NCBI GenBank assembly: GCA_951406725.2
Contig: OX597836.1
Coordinates: forward strand, 1,364,001-1,428,000
Length of the DNA: 64,000 bases
Origin: Octopus vulgaris
Lineage: Eukaryota
Direction: 5' to 3'
Shown: positions 42,560 to 56,131 of the stretch, in pieces
Numbering within the stretch: position 1 is the first letter of the stretch
Layout of the letters: each line of letters begins with the position of its first letter
Position numbers and translations under genes: made by a program
Notes under the pieces: model-generated
Told to the model about the DNA's origin: nothing
The model's input: only the letters and a program-made list of their open reading frames with translations
Database searches by the model: none

Positions 42560-43430
42560 ATGGATGAATGAATTATCCTTTGTTTCCAGTTAACACGGAA
42601 AATTCAATAAACAGTTAGTAGGGTAGCAAAATTCACGCAAGTAACAAGGGTGTAGCGACCTATTCAAACGTAGAAACTCCGGGTTAATGTGCAGTAATTT
42701 GTGTAGTGTAAGTAAATAAATGGAGTTGAACGCAGATGCTATTCAAGTTCTTTTACTTTCGACATATTTTTCGAAGACAACATTTATTCCAAAGGAATAA
42801 ATGGAGTAAAATAATGTAATCCTTTCATCAGGAAAGAAAGAGAACCTATCTCAACAACAAGACATTATAACAATAGCAATGACTGCCTAAATTATAAACA
42901 GAATGCTATTAAGTATAAAAAAAAAAAACATTAGTAGATCTGACGTCAAAGGCAAACCCTTGGAAGAGAAGGGGTAAAGAAATAATAAGTAGAGAACAAA
43001 TATAGAGCGATATATTGGTTGAAAAAAATGTTCAAAGGCTTGGAAATGTTGCAATGTTGCAAATGTTACAAAATCCTTTGCCCTTGTCATAAGGGAAAGA
43101 GATGGACAGGATGAACCAATCTAACTTAAAATCCTTATTGTTGTCTTTAAGATACCAAATCAATTTACTTAGCCCTGTGCCACAACGTTTACTGCTATCC
43201 CTAAATGAAGAATAATGATTGGAAATTCTCTTAGATAAATTGGAAGAGGACGCGCCAATGCAGAAATAGACATCGGTACCACAACAAATTTTACATTGGT
43301 ATATAGAATCCTTAATCTTAGAATTATTAGACATAAATTTAATTCTGTTGGGGTTGTCCTCAGAGACCAAAACTATGTTGTTTTTAATATTACTATTATT
43401 ATTATCATTCAACTCATTAAATTCTTCTGA
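42560..43430 (-). mobile_element. Penelope-like element 3' end: GIY-YIG endonuclease remnant plus pLTR
   Basis: ORF 43032-43412: IYQCKI...FCIG...KRISNHYSSF...TGLSKLIWYLK...DWFIL...PYDKGKGFCNIC, a typical PLE endonuclease. A hammerhead-like motif follows downstream. Confidence 0.85.
42756..42836 (-). ncRNA. Degenerate hammerhead motif in PLE pLTR
   Basis: Minus strand: ctttc-CTGATGA-aagga...tcttc-GAAAA-atat-GTC-gaaag. 5-bp stem I; GAAAC has become GAAAA. Confidence 0.6.
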
Positions 43431-43915
43431 TTTCTGACTTCGTTATGGAGAGTAGGTCAATTCAGTCTGTTATTTTTCGCAAACGTCCGAGAGATAATAA
43501 TAAATAATAAATAGGGGACAATATGTTGTGGATGTCGTTATTTCTAAAAGCAGCAAAATACTCCAACCAATACCATGATTATATAACAACACTCGCACAT
43601 CACTCACTCCTTGAAATCGAAACACATCCTACAACCTACCCACACCAATACACAAATATCACGCATGCGCACAAGTATACTCATATACTGTGTCGTATAC
43701 ACTCCACATACAAATATACAGTCGACAATACATGAACCATTGCGAACACCCTCACACAAAGCACACTCACTGATGCACACGAGTGCACATATCGTTTCTG
43801 TATTCGTCTGTGATCAGAAATTCGATCTACGACCGTCTACGAACACCATAAAGCCCTCAATCACTTAACTTCTGTGTTGTGGAATAATTCAATCCAAAAT
43901 CAATCAGAACCTATA

Positions 43916-43980
43916 CGGATACCATAGTTCCAAGACAAGAGACACAATCTCTCACTTTCAGCTTTTCCCTTCATCAGCCG
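43916..43980 (-). ncRNA. Degenerate hammerhead-like motif
   Basis: Minus strand: cgg-CTGATGA-aggga...tcttg-GAAC-tatg-GTA-tccg. Confidence 0.35.
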
Positions 43981-44754
43981 TTCTCTGCTGTTCCACTATT
44001 CAATCTCACCCTTTGTACTTTTCCTTTATTCCTTTTACTAAGGTATTTCACAAGAATGACCATATTCGCTAGAGTTAGGGTGCTATGGTGTTGTCTTACA
44101 TAACTCACTTCATTTTCCGCCTTTTAACAATTGACAGAAGTGTTTCACGGTTCGCCGTCTTCAAACAATTTCTTTCGCAGAACATTCATTAGTTCCGTGT
44201 TCTTTATCTGGAATGTGAAGCCCCTTTCAATAACATTCCATTTGAAAAGCCAAGATATTTTTCTCACTTTAATAATCCGACTCCCTTCTTTCGTACACAC
44301 AGAGTGCAAATTAATATTTCACTTGCTCCTAACAAATTTATTTAACCATTTGAATTTTCCAAAGATCTGACTTTATCAACGCCATTACAACTGCTCTGAT
44401 GCGGATTTTGTGTCTCTCTTTGATCTAATTTCTTTTGTTTTTTCCCCACCAAATATTTGAATTCATCAAATTTGTTTGAGCATTTTTCGTTCTATTTCAA
44501 TTGAATTGATTCTTTTTTTCTTAACTATTTTTCTTGCACCATTTTCAGTATTTATTTCATTTCCTTATATCCGGGCAGTTATTTTAGATCTCCAACTCTT
44601 TCTCATTATATTCTATGAACTCACCATCACAGGTGAAACAGTGACATTACATATTTCGTTTTACCAATATCCATAAATTCCCGACGCGTTCATTTCCTAC
44701 TTTAAGATATTCTACACCATATTCAAATCTTTCGTCCTGATATATTCTAGACAT

Positions 44755-44962
44755 AAGACAGAACTGGCAGAAACATCAGCACGCGAAATGCTGAGCGTTA
44801 TTTCGTCTGTGCTTACATTCTGAGTTCAAATTCGCCGAGGTTGGCTTCGCATTTCATCCTTTCAGGGTTGATAAATTAAGTAGCAGTTGCTTACTTGGGT
44901 CGATATAATCGAATGGCCATTCCCCCAAAATTCCGAGCCTTGTGCCCAGAATAGAAAAGAAT
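44755..44962 (+). mobile_element. Family A SINE
   Basis: ctggcagaaacatcagcacg, B-box gagttcaaattc, tttcatcctttcagggttgataaattaagta, tail cttgtgcccagaatagaaaag. Confidence 0.85.
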
Positions 44963-46399
44963 ATATTGTAGATATACACAATGGAACGCGGCTGGTGTGA
45001 CAAAATCTCTTGTTTTAAAGTCATCGGGTGAAATTCTAAGGAAAACCTCGGCATTCGGTAGGAATATAAAGTGATTTTATACCATTTACTATTGATAGTT
45101 TTTATTCATAACAAACCACATTACTTCATAATGCAGACGAGTAAAGGTTTTTTTTTTCAAGTCGCTAAAGTTGTGTAAGTGTCTGTTAAACGGTGGAAGA
45201 ACTCTCGATATAAGTGTAACTGACATTGATGTTTAATGTAACAGAGGGGGGGGAGACATTATGAAAACGAGGGGATATTTGAGGAGTTTCGGTTTAATGG
45301 TACTTTTTTAATCGACTTCATTAGAATCATAAGTGAAGTTCCAATTTCGACAAGATTTGATTGCGAAAGATTGAAACTGGTGTCTCTAAATATCTTCAGT
45401 TAAAAACAACCTTATGTCGTCACACATCGAATTAATTCTCAATGTTATTTTCATTGCTTTTGTATAGACATATATTCCAGGTCTACAACATAACACTACA
45501 TTATTTGATCTACTTTCTCAAATTTCAAAGTACCCCCGGGTCCACTAAACTGTTGTTATTGTTTTATTGCTGTTGGTTTTGCTATTGTTGTTACTGTTGT
45601 TATTGAGGTTGTGATAGATTTGTGGTTTGGCTCATCTCGTTGCTTTTGTAAATCTCCAGTCGACAGTAACCGAGCTAAACTATAATGATGCGCATACCTG
45701 TATTAATTATTTTTGGAATGATAGATTTGATAATTAATTTCCCCAGGTATTCAAATGATAAAATAATAAATAAAATAAAAACTGAATGATAAAAGTCATT
45801 CCCGTTATTGTAATTCCGTTTAGTTTACGATTCCAGTACATTAAGTACGATTAAGTTTATCGGGTGTATTCTTTATTTTAATGGTACTGTACAGTTTTAG
45901 GAAGATTTGCTTTCCCTATCAAGCGGTTTCCGTGACACTCAATAGATAACTCATCTGCAAGTCACAACCACAGTCAGCATCCACCCTGAATGCTGCACAT
46001 TATCACGTGACTGCACTGAGCCTGTCTGTTCACATTTTATTTGTCTGACAGACACGTCAGACCTGGTGTTAGGTGTTGTGGATGTCAACAAGTTAGTCGA
46101 TGTTTCGCTTTAAATTGCTTAGTCAAAGAAGAAAGGTCAATTCTCATGACCTTTCTAGCGGTGAGGAAGGAAGAGAGGGAGTTCTGAAATGGAAGGCACT
46201 TGTTCAAAATGCTTGCAACTGATTGAGTTTTTCCATTAAAGTCCCCCACCACCGAAACGGCTCATTTCGGACAATTTAAGTCCCTGTTTGTGTATATGCC
46301 ATCATTCGTGTGGGGTGACTACAGCATTAAAGCAGTTTAGTTCGTATTTCTAGCAACGGAGGTGTTTCTTGACACTCTACTCACATTTAGTGACACACT

Positions 46400-46444
<45 letters not shown>

Positions 46445-46914
46445 ATGTGTGTGGATTAGTATGTGTGGTGTGTACATGATATGTGCCAATTATGTTCTGT
46501 TAGAAAAGTGTCAAATTTATTTATTTTCTCAAATCGTAAAATTAGCGAACGAGCATTTATTTACTGAAATCACACCTACCAAGTGTTTGAGATAAGAGAT
46601 GCATATGAAACACACACACACACACACACACGCACACACACACACATACACTCACAAATGTTCCACACTTTCGGTTTTGGTACGAAGCGATTCCCTGAAA
46701 TTTCCATTGTACAGTATTTTCACACCAGGCAATTCTAGCGGTAATTATTCACTCGCAAAACACGTTAATAGTTACAGACGTGGCCTACAGCAAGAACTTG
46801 CGAATCTGGGTAGAAAGCAATCAGATAATCACCGTCGATCGGTACGAGATGAATTTGGTGTAGAATTAATAAATAGTTAATTAATATGTTAATTATGTTC
46901 CTGCACCTTATAAG

Positions 46915-46958
<44 letters not shown>

Positions 46959-47219
46959 AAGAGAGAGAGAGCCATTCTAAACTAAGAAGGAGCATACAAT
47001 CACACCATGAAAAGGTATGGATGCATTCGAAATAAGGGTTCTAGATGCAAGGAGTCCGGGAAACAGAACTCGGTGCTTAACTAGGATTGGGATGTCTCAC
47101 CATCAGAGTCCAACAAGGTAAGAGACGGCGTTGAGCTAAAAGGCATCAAAAGTGTCCTTACTGACGGAACAAGTCTGTCGACCAGAACTGCTAGAAATAA
47201 CAGCGATGTTCTCTCTGTC

Positions 47220-47292
<73 letters not shown>

Positions 47293-47519
47293 GTCTCTCT
47301 CTCTGTCTCTCTCTCTCTCTCTCTCAAATCAACACATTTTGCTGCTTTAGAAGATGAAACACATTTGATTATGTGATTTTGGAAGAATGGTGTCTCGCAG
47401 ACAGAAGGGATGGCCACAGTCGGAAGCTATTCCTCCTGAGAGTTTCGTTGATCAGTTTTAAATAAAACTCATACGAAGTTACAAAAGAAAAACAGAAGAG
47501 AGGGAAGAAGAAAGAATAT

Positions 47520-47582
47520 AATGATGGTGATGATGATGATGATGATGATAACAATAGTAATAATAATAATAATAATGATAAC

Positions 47583-47638
<56 letters not shown>

Positions 47639-47646
47639 GAAGAAGT

Positions 47647-47679
<33 letters not shown>

Positions 47680-47697
47680 GCAACAGCAACAACCACA
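47520..47697. repeat. Compound (GAT)/(AAT)/(AAC) repeat
   Basis: Visible runs. Confidence 0.93.
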
Positions 47698-47749
47698 AAA
47701 ATTGCCTACATTAGCTGAAGTCCAGAAATTTATTAGGGCGTGAACACTC

Positions 47750-47900
47750 GCTTTTATCGACCCCAGTTTTTACTGGTCCCTTATCTTAACAATTCTTGAA
47801 GGAAGAAAGGACATTACGACATTGGAAGGAATTGAACACAGAACTTAGTAACCAGAACCAGCACCGGAATCAACATTGCATCCGAAGTTCTAACGATTCA
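47750..47900 (-). mobile_element. Old family A SINE
   Basis: ttatcgaccccagt...ctggt...gaaggaagaaagg...ggaattgaacacagaac...ctaacgattc. Confidence 0.55.
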
Positions 47901-48368
47901 CAAAAAAAAAATCCACACTTCCAACAATAACAACAACTAAAACAAGAACCGCACCACCACTACCACTTCCACCACCACTACCGCAACAACTACAAACACA
48001 GAACCACCACCACCACCACCACCAACAGCATCATCATCAACAATAACAAGAGGGTGGCCCTAGTTGTGATGTGTTGATTATATGAAAATGACGGACCCGA
48101 ACCCAACGAGTTGCGCGGAGGTGCTGATAAGGAGTAAATGTTTTATTCAAAAGACATAACATTTAATCGTCGCTTCTAAGATATGGATGCCCGCTATCTT
48201 GAGTAGGTGTCTTATCGGATAAATGGACATCTATGCAAGAGATACGGCAAGGAAATATAAGGAACTCACATTTGTACACATTTTAATAGTCATCATTACA
48301 TGCCATGCACAAACATAAAAGCATAGCAACATACATGTATATCTTTCCTCCAAATGTATGAGATATAT

Positions 48369-48432
<64 letters not shown>

Positions 48433-48994
48433 TAGATATATGGTATATATATATATATATATATATAATGTATATATATATATATGAATATGTGTATGTG
48501 CGTGTGTGTGTACGCGTGTGTAGACATAAATATAGATATGTATGTGTGTATATAAATATATATTTATATATATATATATATATATATAATACACTTGTGT
48601 TTTTCTCCCTCACAACATGTGAATGAGAAAGGAAGGGGTGATAGATGAATAAGGAAGGAAGGAAAGAAGGAAAGGGTGATGGCAAACTTGGTAGTGGGAT
48701 GATGGGAATTGTACGGTGAAGAAAAGAAATCAAACTGCGTTTCAACTCTGTGTATTTGTCAGCTCCCATATTTAGTCACGGCCAGCGTTATGCGGCCTTA
48801 ATTCGTATAAGAAGGAAGGAAAACTTAAAAATTCTTTTGTAGGAAAGAAGCAATGAAAGGATTTTAGATGCGGATAAATTTTTCACAAGAATTTGGGAAT
48901 AAAAGGATTATTAAACTAAACACTTTATTTTGTATCTTATTTATACATAAAATACTACAATTAGTCGTCATTTTTGATGGCACAGGGGCAGCTA

Positions 48995-49051
<57 letters not shown>

Positions 49052-49059
49052 ATATATTC

Positions 49060-49146
49060 AATGGGCTTCATTCAGTTTTCGCCTACAAAATCCACACGCA
49101 AGGCTTTGGTGTGCCCATGGCTATAGTAGAAGAATCTTGCCGAAAG
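49060..49146 (-). mobile_element. Family B SINE internal fragment
   Basis: gggcttcattcagttttcgcctacaaaatccac...aaggctttggt...gctatagtagaaga. Confidence 0.7.
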
Positions 49147-49170
49147 CACCAACTAAATCTATCTATCTAA

Positions 49171-49238
<68 letters not shown>

Positions 49239-49359
49239 ATATATATATATATTTATACATACAAACATGCATGTAATGTATGTATGTATGTATATATGCA
49301 TACATATATACATACATGTATATATATACATACATACATACATACATACATACATACTG

Positions 49360-50258
49360 ACATTCGAGAGGTTAACCGTCGGAAACCAGAATCTTGCAAT
49401 ATCATTTTATTCATTTACTTTTAAATGTTTACGTTTTTATCTCCTTCAAATTATTCTCCATTTGAAGCAACACATCAGTCCAAATGCGTTTTCCATTGTT
49501 CGAAACTGTCCTGGAACTCTTGGAAAGTGATGTCTTTTAACATCGCCATCGTTTTTTTTCTTCACCTCTTCGACATCTGCAAATTCCGTAGCACCAGATT
49601 TCGTCACTGGTGATGACCTTCGAAAAAATGTCCCGATTAATTTCCAACTGTTTATGACACATATTCAGTCCATGACTACTTTTTATCTTCCGCGAAGAAG
49701 CAAGGCACACATTTTTCTGCGACTCTTTTCATTTGCAATTCCTCGCTCCAAATTCGTTGGCAAGAGCTCAAAGAGACACCATTATATCAACAGGTTCGTT
49801 AATTGCTCGGTGACGGTCCTCCAAGATCAGTTCAAGAACTTTCATGATATTTTCATTCGTTCGGGAAGTCGACGGTCGCACTGAACGAAATTGGTCTTCA
49901 AGTGACAAGAAACCATTCCCAAAGCATAAAGAACCAGTCGAAAACTGGTGTTTTGCTCATGGCAGCGTCCTTGTAAGGTGTTGGAAGCATGACAACTATT
50001 TTGGCTGCTGTTTTCGCCAGCAGAAAACAGAATTTCACGGAAGCACGCTGTTCCTTTGTTACTGTAAAAATCGACAAACAAGGGAGAAGCACTGAGAAAT
50101 AAAGACGTACCATCAGACACTACCACTACACTCACTGTAGCCGGTGGGGAGACTGATGCCTGAGGGTTACATCAAGTGCTGTCTAGCGGCGGAAGCCTGA
50201 ACTACAACGGGTTTGTCTCACAGAACGTGTCTAATAAATTTTTGGGAACCTCCTCGTA
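49360..50258 (-). mobile_element. Internally deleted mariner element
   Basis: EQRASVKFCFLLAKTAAKIVVML...AMSKTPVFDWF; SLEDQFRSVRPSTSRTNENI; VITSDEIWCYG (first catalytic D); C-terminal CVASNGE*FEGD. TIR-like tacgaggagg at 50258. Confidence 0.9.
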
Positions 50259-50266
50259 AGCTCCTC

Positions 50267-50492
50267 GGTGAGCTAGCAGAAACGTTAGCACGCCGGGCGA
50301 AATGCGTAGCCGTATTTCGTCCGCCGTTACGTTCTGAGTTCAAATTTCGCCGAGGTCGACTTTGCCTTTCATCCTTTCGGGGTCGATAAATAAAGTACCA
50401 GTTACGCACTGGGGTCGATGTAATCGACTTAATCCCTTTGTCTGTCCTTGTTTGTCCCCTCAATGTTTAGCCCTTTGTGGGCAGTAAAGAAA
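50267..50492 (+). mobile_element. Young family A SINE (tail type 2)
   Basis: A-box-like tagcagaaacgttag, B-box gagttcaaatttc, central gcctttcatcctttcggggtcgataaa (Deu/Nin-domain-like), tail ...gtaaagaaata. Confidence 0.92.
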
Positions 50493-50674
50493 TATATATA
50501 TATATACATATATACACACATAAATATATATATATATATATACGCACACACACACATGACTATATATATATATATATATATAATATTAATTCGAGACAAA
50601 ACCACTATTTTGCAAAACAAACAAGGAAAGACTTAATCAATACATAAACATTTTTAATATAAAGAAATAAACCG

Positions 50675-50717
50675 CCACTACAATCGTTTCATGTCTTCAA
50701 TGACATTCGTCAGGTGG
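50675..50717 (-). ncRNA. Minimal type I hammerhead ribozyme (minus-strand copy)
   Basis: ccac-CTGACGA-atgtc attgaa gacat-GAAAC-gatt-GTA-gtgg. Confidence 0.82.
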
Positions 50718-50763
50718 ATTTTCGATCTCCTAATCTGTTTTAATTCATTAGGAGATCGAAAAT

Positions 50764-50806
50764 CCACCTGACGAATGTCATCGAAGACATGAAACGATTG
50801 TAGTGG
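50764..50806 (+). ncRNA. Minimal type I hammerhead ribozyme (plus-strand copy)
   Basis: ccac-CTGACGA-atgtc atcgaa gacat-GAAAC-gatt-GTA-gtgg. Complete core; predicted cleavage after 50802. Confidence 0.82.
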
Positions 50807-50975
50807 CGGTTTATTTCTTTATATTAAAAATTTTTATGTATTGATTAAGTCTTTCCTTGTTTGTTTTGCAAAATAGTGGTTTTGTCTCGAATTAATATTA
50901 TATAATATTTTACTATAAAATTGGATTTAATCCTAAATCTGATTTTTTCCCTGTAAATTTGGATTTATTCCCTAA

Positions 50976-51029
<54 letters not shown>

Positions 51030-51619
51030 GTTGTGTGTGTGCAAACGCACAGACAAACATCCTTAGAGGCAGGCCAGTGTATATGCAATCGTTCATTTGA
51101 AAGTGGAATGCTACAAATATCAAACCACAATTGAGCGTGATGGCTGCTGTTTCTGTGTGTACAGAGAAACGATAAAACGAATTTTAGCTGTTGTGAGATC
51201 GAAGTATTTAAAATATTTGCAAACCATAACTTGCTTAATCGAATGAATGAAGGTATATTTTCATGTGTGCACAGAAATTGCAAGACGTTTAAGATTTAAA
51301 AAGTATAATTCTTAAATCATCGACCATTTAAAACAATTAGAAAAGAAAAGAAATAAATAATGATAATTAAAAAGAAATACGAAAATTTCGTGTTCCGAGA
51401 TTTCCAATTATACAAATATAACAATACTCTAATCATCCATCATAATTATTCGCCATTCAACTCAAATTATTTTTCTAATAATTGTTAATACTAAAAGTTT
51501 TGTTTTTGTTATTGCCTAGAAACGGATTGACCAAAACAAAGACTGCGTTCGTTGAAAAACTTGCTTGGATACATCAGAATCGTCTGTTAAATATAAGATT
51601 GCGTTTGTATGTGTGCATG

Positions 51620-51677
<58 letters not shown>

Positions 51678-51682
<5 letters not shown>

Positions 51683-51863
51683 CTTTACTCCCCACAAGGG
51701 GTTAAACATAGCGTGGACAAACAAGGACAGACAAACGGATTAAGTCATTTATATCGATTCCAGTGCGTAACTGGTACTTATTTAATCGACCCCGAAAGGA
51801 TGAAAGGCAAAGTCGACCTCGGCGGAATTTGAACTCAGAACGTAGCGGCAGACGAAATACCGC
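51678..51863 (-). mobile_element. Family A SINE (tail type 2), head truncated
   Basis: Close match to the reverse complement of 50311-50492; stops abruptly at gacgaaataccgct. Confidence 0.9.
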
Positions 51864-52075
51864 TTTATCTCTTTTTACTGAATCCTTTCATTCCTCACTC
51901 TTTCACTTTCTCTTTCTTTTCATATAATTATATATTTATTTATATATTCATCTCACCATATTCCTTCATTCGCAATCGTTTTTCTTCTACTTTTCATTCT
52001 CTTTTCACTCTTGTGTTTTTAATTTTTCATTTCTTTCTTCTTTTCTTTTTCATTTCGATCTCCTTACATTCTTCT
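51863..52075 (+). repeat. Direct repeat copy 1 (copy 2 at 53604-53770), each followed by (TTC)n
   Basis: ctttatctctttttactgaatcctttcattcctc...cttacattcttcttc occurs twice, 1741 bp apart. Confidence 0.9.
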
Positions 52076-52204
52076 TCTTCTTCATCTTCTTCTTCTTCTT
52101 CTTCTTCTTCTTCTTCTTCTTCTTCTTCTTCTTCTTCTTCTTCTTCTTCTTCTTCTTCTTCTTCTTCTTCTTCTTCTTCTTCTTCTTCTTCTTCTTCTTC
52201 TTCC

Positions 52205-52235
<31 letters not shown>

Positions 52236-52237
52236 CC

Positions 52238-52268
<31 letters not shown>

Positions 52269-52405
52269 CTTCTTCTTCTTCTTCTTCTTCTTCTTCTTCT
52301 TCTTCTTCTTCTTCTTCCACTTCTTCTTCTTCTTCTTCTTCCACTTCTTCTTCCTCTTCTTCTTCTTCCACTTCTTCTTCTTCCACTTCTTCTCCTTCCT
52401 CTTCC

Positions 52406-52436
<31 letters not shown>

Positions 52437-52441
52437 CTTCT
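52068..52441. repeat. Long (TTC)n/(GAA)n repeat with CCACTT interruptions
   Basis: About 370 bp; explains the poly-S/E/K/R ORFs. Confidence 0.97.
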
Positions 52442-52837
52442 CCTCATGTACCAAATAGGAGAACTAGTGAATCATTGTGCTTATCTCTCTTCTTATCTAT
52501 CTCTCTGTGCATCTATTTACGAATACATCTATCTTTGAATTTACATGTTCACACACTCTCAAAACTTGAAATTCCATATGGGTAGACCCCCCACCTAACC
52601 AATTCACCCACAAGATATTTGTCGGTGTGGTTCATAGAATAAAGATGTCTGCCAAAGTTGCTGTGCTGCGTAATTGAACCCGGATCTACCCGAAGCGAAC
52701 AACTTAAAGCTCTTCCTACACACAGAAGTGCGCACGATACACACATACATACACACGCACACACACAACACACACGCGAACAAGATTATGCATATACGGT
52801 AAGTGAGAGAAAACGAGAGAGATGGAAAAAGAAAGAG

Positions 52838-53212
<375 letters not shown>

Positions 53213-53603
53213 CATTTACTCACAACTACAAGCGTTCCAATATGCACTGCAAACGCAAACCCACACACACATATTTATATATATATACACACTCACAAAG
53301 CCGTTTGTATATACGTACATCCATGTTTATATAGGACGCTCTTCGGCGCAGTTCTGTGTTTCACTGAGGGAAAATGTCTGCCTTATCAGCAGTTTTCTTC
53401 CTCCCAAGACATTTCACCACAAAACACATCTCTCTTTTATCTCCATCATTTATTTCTCCTCAATTTTCTTTCTCTTTTTTCTTTCCTACTCCACTTTCCT
53501 TCTCTCTACATTTTCCTTCTATCGTTTCATTTCATTCTATCCTTTCTAGCCTCTCAATATTCTCCATTTTCCTTACTATTTTTTCTTTACCATTCCATTA
53601 TTT

Positions 53604-53850
53604 CTTTATCTCTTTTTACTGAATCCTTTCATTCCTCGCTCTTTCACTTTCTCTTTCTTTTCATATAATTATATATTTATTTATATATTCATTTCACTAT
53701 ATTCCTTCACTTACAATCGTTTATTTTCTTCTACTTTTCTTTTTCCTTTCGAGTGCCTTACATTCTTCTTCTTCTTCTTCTTCTTCTTCTTCTTCTTCTT
53801 CTTCTTCTTCTTCTTCTTCTTCTTCTTCTTCTTCTTCTTCTTCTTCTTCT
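53604..53850 (+). repeat. Direct repeat copy 2 plus (TTC)n
   Basis: Matches 51863-52075. Confidence 0.9.
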
Positions 53851-53966
53851 CATTCTTATCTTTCATAACCGTTTTTTCTTCTTCATATTTGATTACTCAG
53901 TTTAGTCCAGGATAAAATTTATTGATTTTAACATTATTTTATCTTTCGTGCTTTCTTCCGACTTCA

Positions 53967-54023
<57 letters not shown>

Positions 54024-54983
54024 GTTGTTGTTGTTGTTGGTGTTGTTGGTGTTGTTGTTGTTGTTGTTCTTATTAATTCTCTTCTATTTGATAAATGTCT
54101 TTGTGTGTTGTCTAGCTGCAAAAATGGCCAATCATTTCGTTAAATTTCAGATTTTTCTTTGGCTTCACTAAACTTGACGCAGTGGAATCGCTATAAGTCA
54201 AGCCACAAATAGATAATACGAGAGAGAGGGAGAGAGAGCGAGAGAGAGAAAAGAAAGAGAAAGAGAGAGAAGGAGAAAAGTTTCAAGCAAAAGGAAGATT
54301 GAAAGTTAGAGAGAGAGAGAGAGAGAGAGATTATTGGAGAGAGAGAGAGAGCCGGACAGATTGATAGAGTGAAGCAAAGAAATAAAGTGATAGGCAGATA
54401 GAAAAGTAGGAAAAGAGAGAGATAGAGAAATAGATGTAAATACGATGATTAGACAACCAGGCTGCTAACTAAACAACTTGGCCAGTCAGTACGAGAGGAT
54501 TCAATGTTTTTCATCTAAATATCTGAATATATTTGCCATTTTTTATATCAGCAATTTTTAACTTTTATATTTCTATATTTTTTTTTTTACTTACCTATTT
54601 ATTTTATTATTTATATATTTAATTGCTGTTTACGATTTGGTTTCATTTGCGCTTTCATTTCTATGGTTGACAACAAACACTGTCTTCTGTCTATCGGTGC
54701 AAATAAAAGATATAAGGAAGAAGACAAGAAAAAATCTAAAAATTATAATAATAATAATAAAAGACAAGAATAAAAGACATTTTTTTATTGTAAGACATTC
54801 TACTGTCGTGCGTGAATAGAAAGAAAGCGCGCTGAAGAATTTACAGACGATAGAATTATAGAATATGGCCGAAGTACTAAATAAGACAACGGCCTGTGTT
54901 GTTCTGACAAAAAGCAAAGCCAGTAGTGGTAGCAGTAGCAGTAGTAATAGCAGCAACAGCAATAATAATAATAATAATAATAA

Positions 54984-55014
<31 letters not shown>

Positions 55015-55929
55015 AAGAAGAAAAAGAAGGAGGAGGATGAAAAAGAGAAGAATATAATGGAATCACTCGTCATGAAAATCGACAATGTTTCTTTGAACAA
55101 AACAAACAGTTCGATTTCACCGAAGACGAGTTTATCAAGAAAAAAGGTAACAAAAAAAGAAGAGAGAAAATCAATAGAGAATCAAGAGCAAAAGAAGCAG
55201 AATAATTCTGCTGGGGATTATGGACAGCATTGGAATCAACACGGACAAGATTATTCAAAACAAGAAACGCTGCTGCACTTGAATAATCGCGATAGACCAT
55301 ATCACCAGAAAAATTAGCCGAAACGTTACAAAGAAACAAAAGGAGACCAAACGATCAACGGGGAGAGACCGAGAAACTATAAAATTCCAGAATCATGCTT
55401 AAAATATCTAAAACTAACGCATAACTTACTTGCCAAAATTTTTAATAACAATTTAATAGAGCTGGAAAGTCCCCCTGATTACAAAGCTGAGCTGAATGCC
55501 ATTTTAATCACCGAGAGTAAAGAAGCGTCAAGCCTTAAACGCCGCAGATATATATAACATGCTTACATGTTATTTGAACTGTAATTATATATGGAAGACA
55601 ATAAATGCTGAAGGGGAGCCGAAGGGGGGCTGCAAAGGCTCGTATAAATGTATTGAGGAATTACTCTTCGAAAAACGAAGCAATTACGAAGTTAAAGAGA
55701 GGAAATTAATTAATTATCCTGCTATCATGTCAGATAAATAAACAGAGATAAGAGAATTATAACTGAGGCTTACAAATCTTTAGATATCAATGAACTGCAG
55801 CGATTGCAACAGGAATATAAACAGAAGACATGTTTAGGAAGGAGTTTTATGGGTGTTTTCAATTAAAACAGAGCGAAATACCCACATTACGCTAATAGGC
55901 ATTAATACTTTCAATCTTATAGCATTTGC

Positions 55930-56131
55930 TTTTATCTCTTACTTGTTTCAATCATTAGATTGCGGCCATGCTGGTGCACTGTATTGAAGAATTTGAGTTG
56001 AACGAATCGAGCCTAATGCATATTTTCTTTTAAGCCTGGTATTCATTGTACCGATCTGTTTTGCCGAACCACTAAGTTACAGACACGTTAAAAACACCAA
56101 CATCGGTTTTCAAGCGGCGGTGAGGTACAAA
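55930..56131 (-). mobile_element. Family B SINE 3' half
   Basis: cttacttgtttcaatcatt...gcggccatgctgg...ttttgccgaaccactaagttac...acaccaacatcggtt. Confidence 0.8.

Larger units (their letters stand above)
50577..50904. repeat. Near-perfect palindrome: about 158-bp arms, 12-nt loop (probable inverted PLE pLTR)
   Basis: 50577-50734 is the reverse complement of 50747-50904, with two mismatches found by eye. Confidence 0.95.

Noticed and set aside
44130-44680. L1/Tx1 ORF2 C-terminus (also 59840-60200)
   Set aside because: Only a loose Cys pattern, interrupted by many stops; not supportable.
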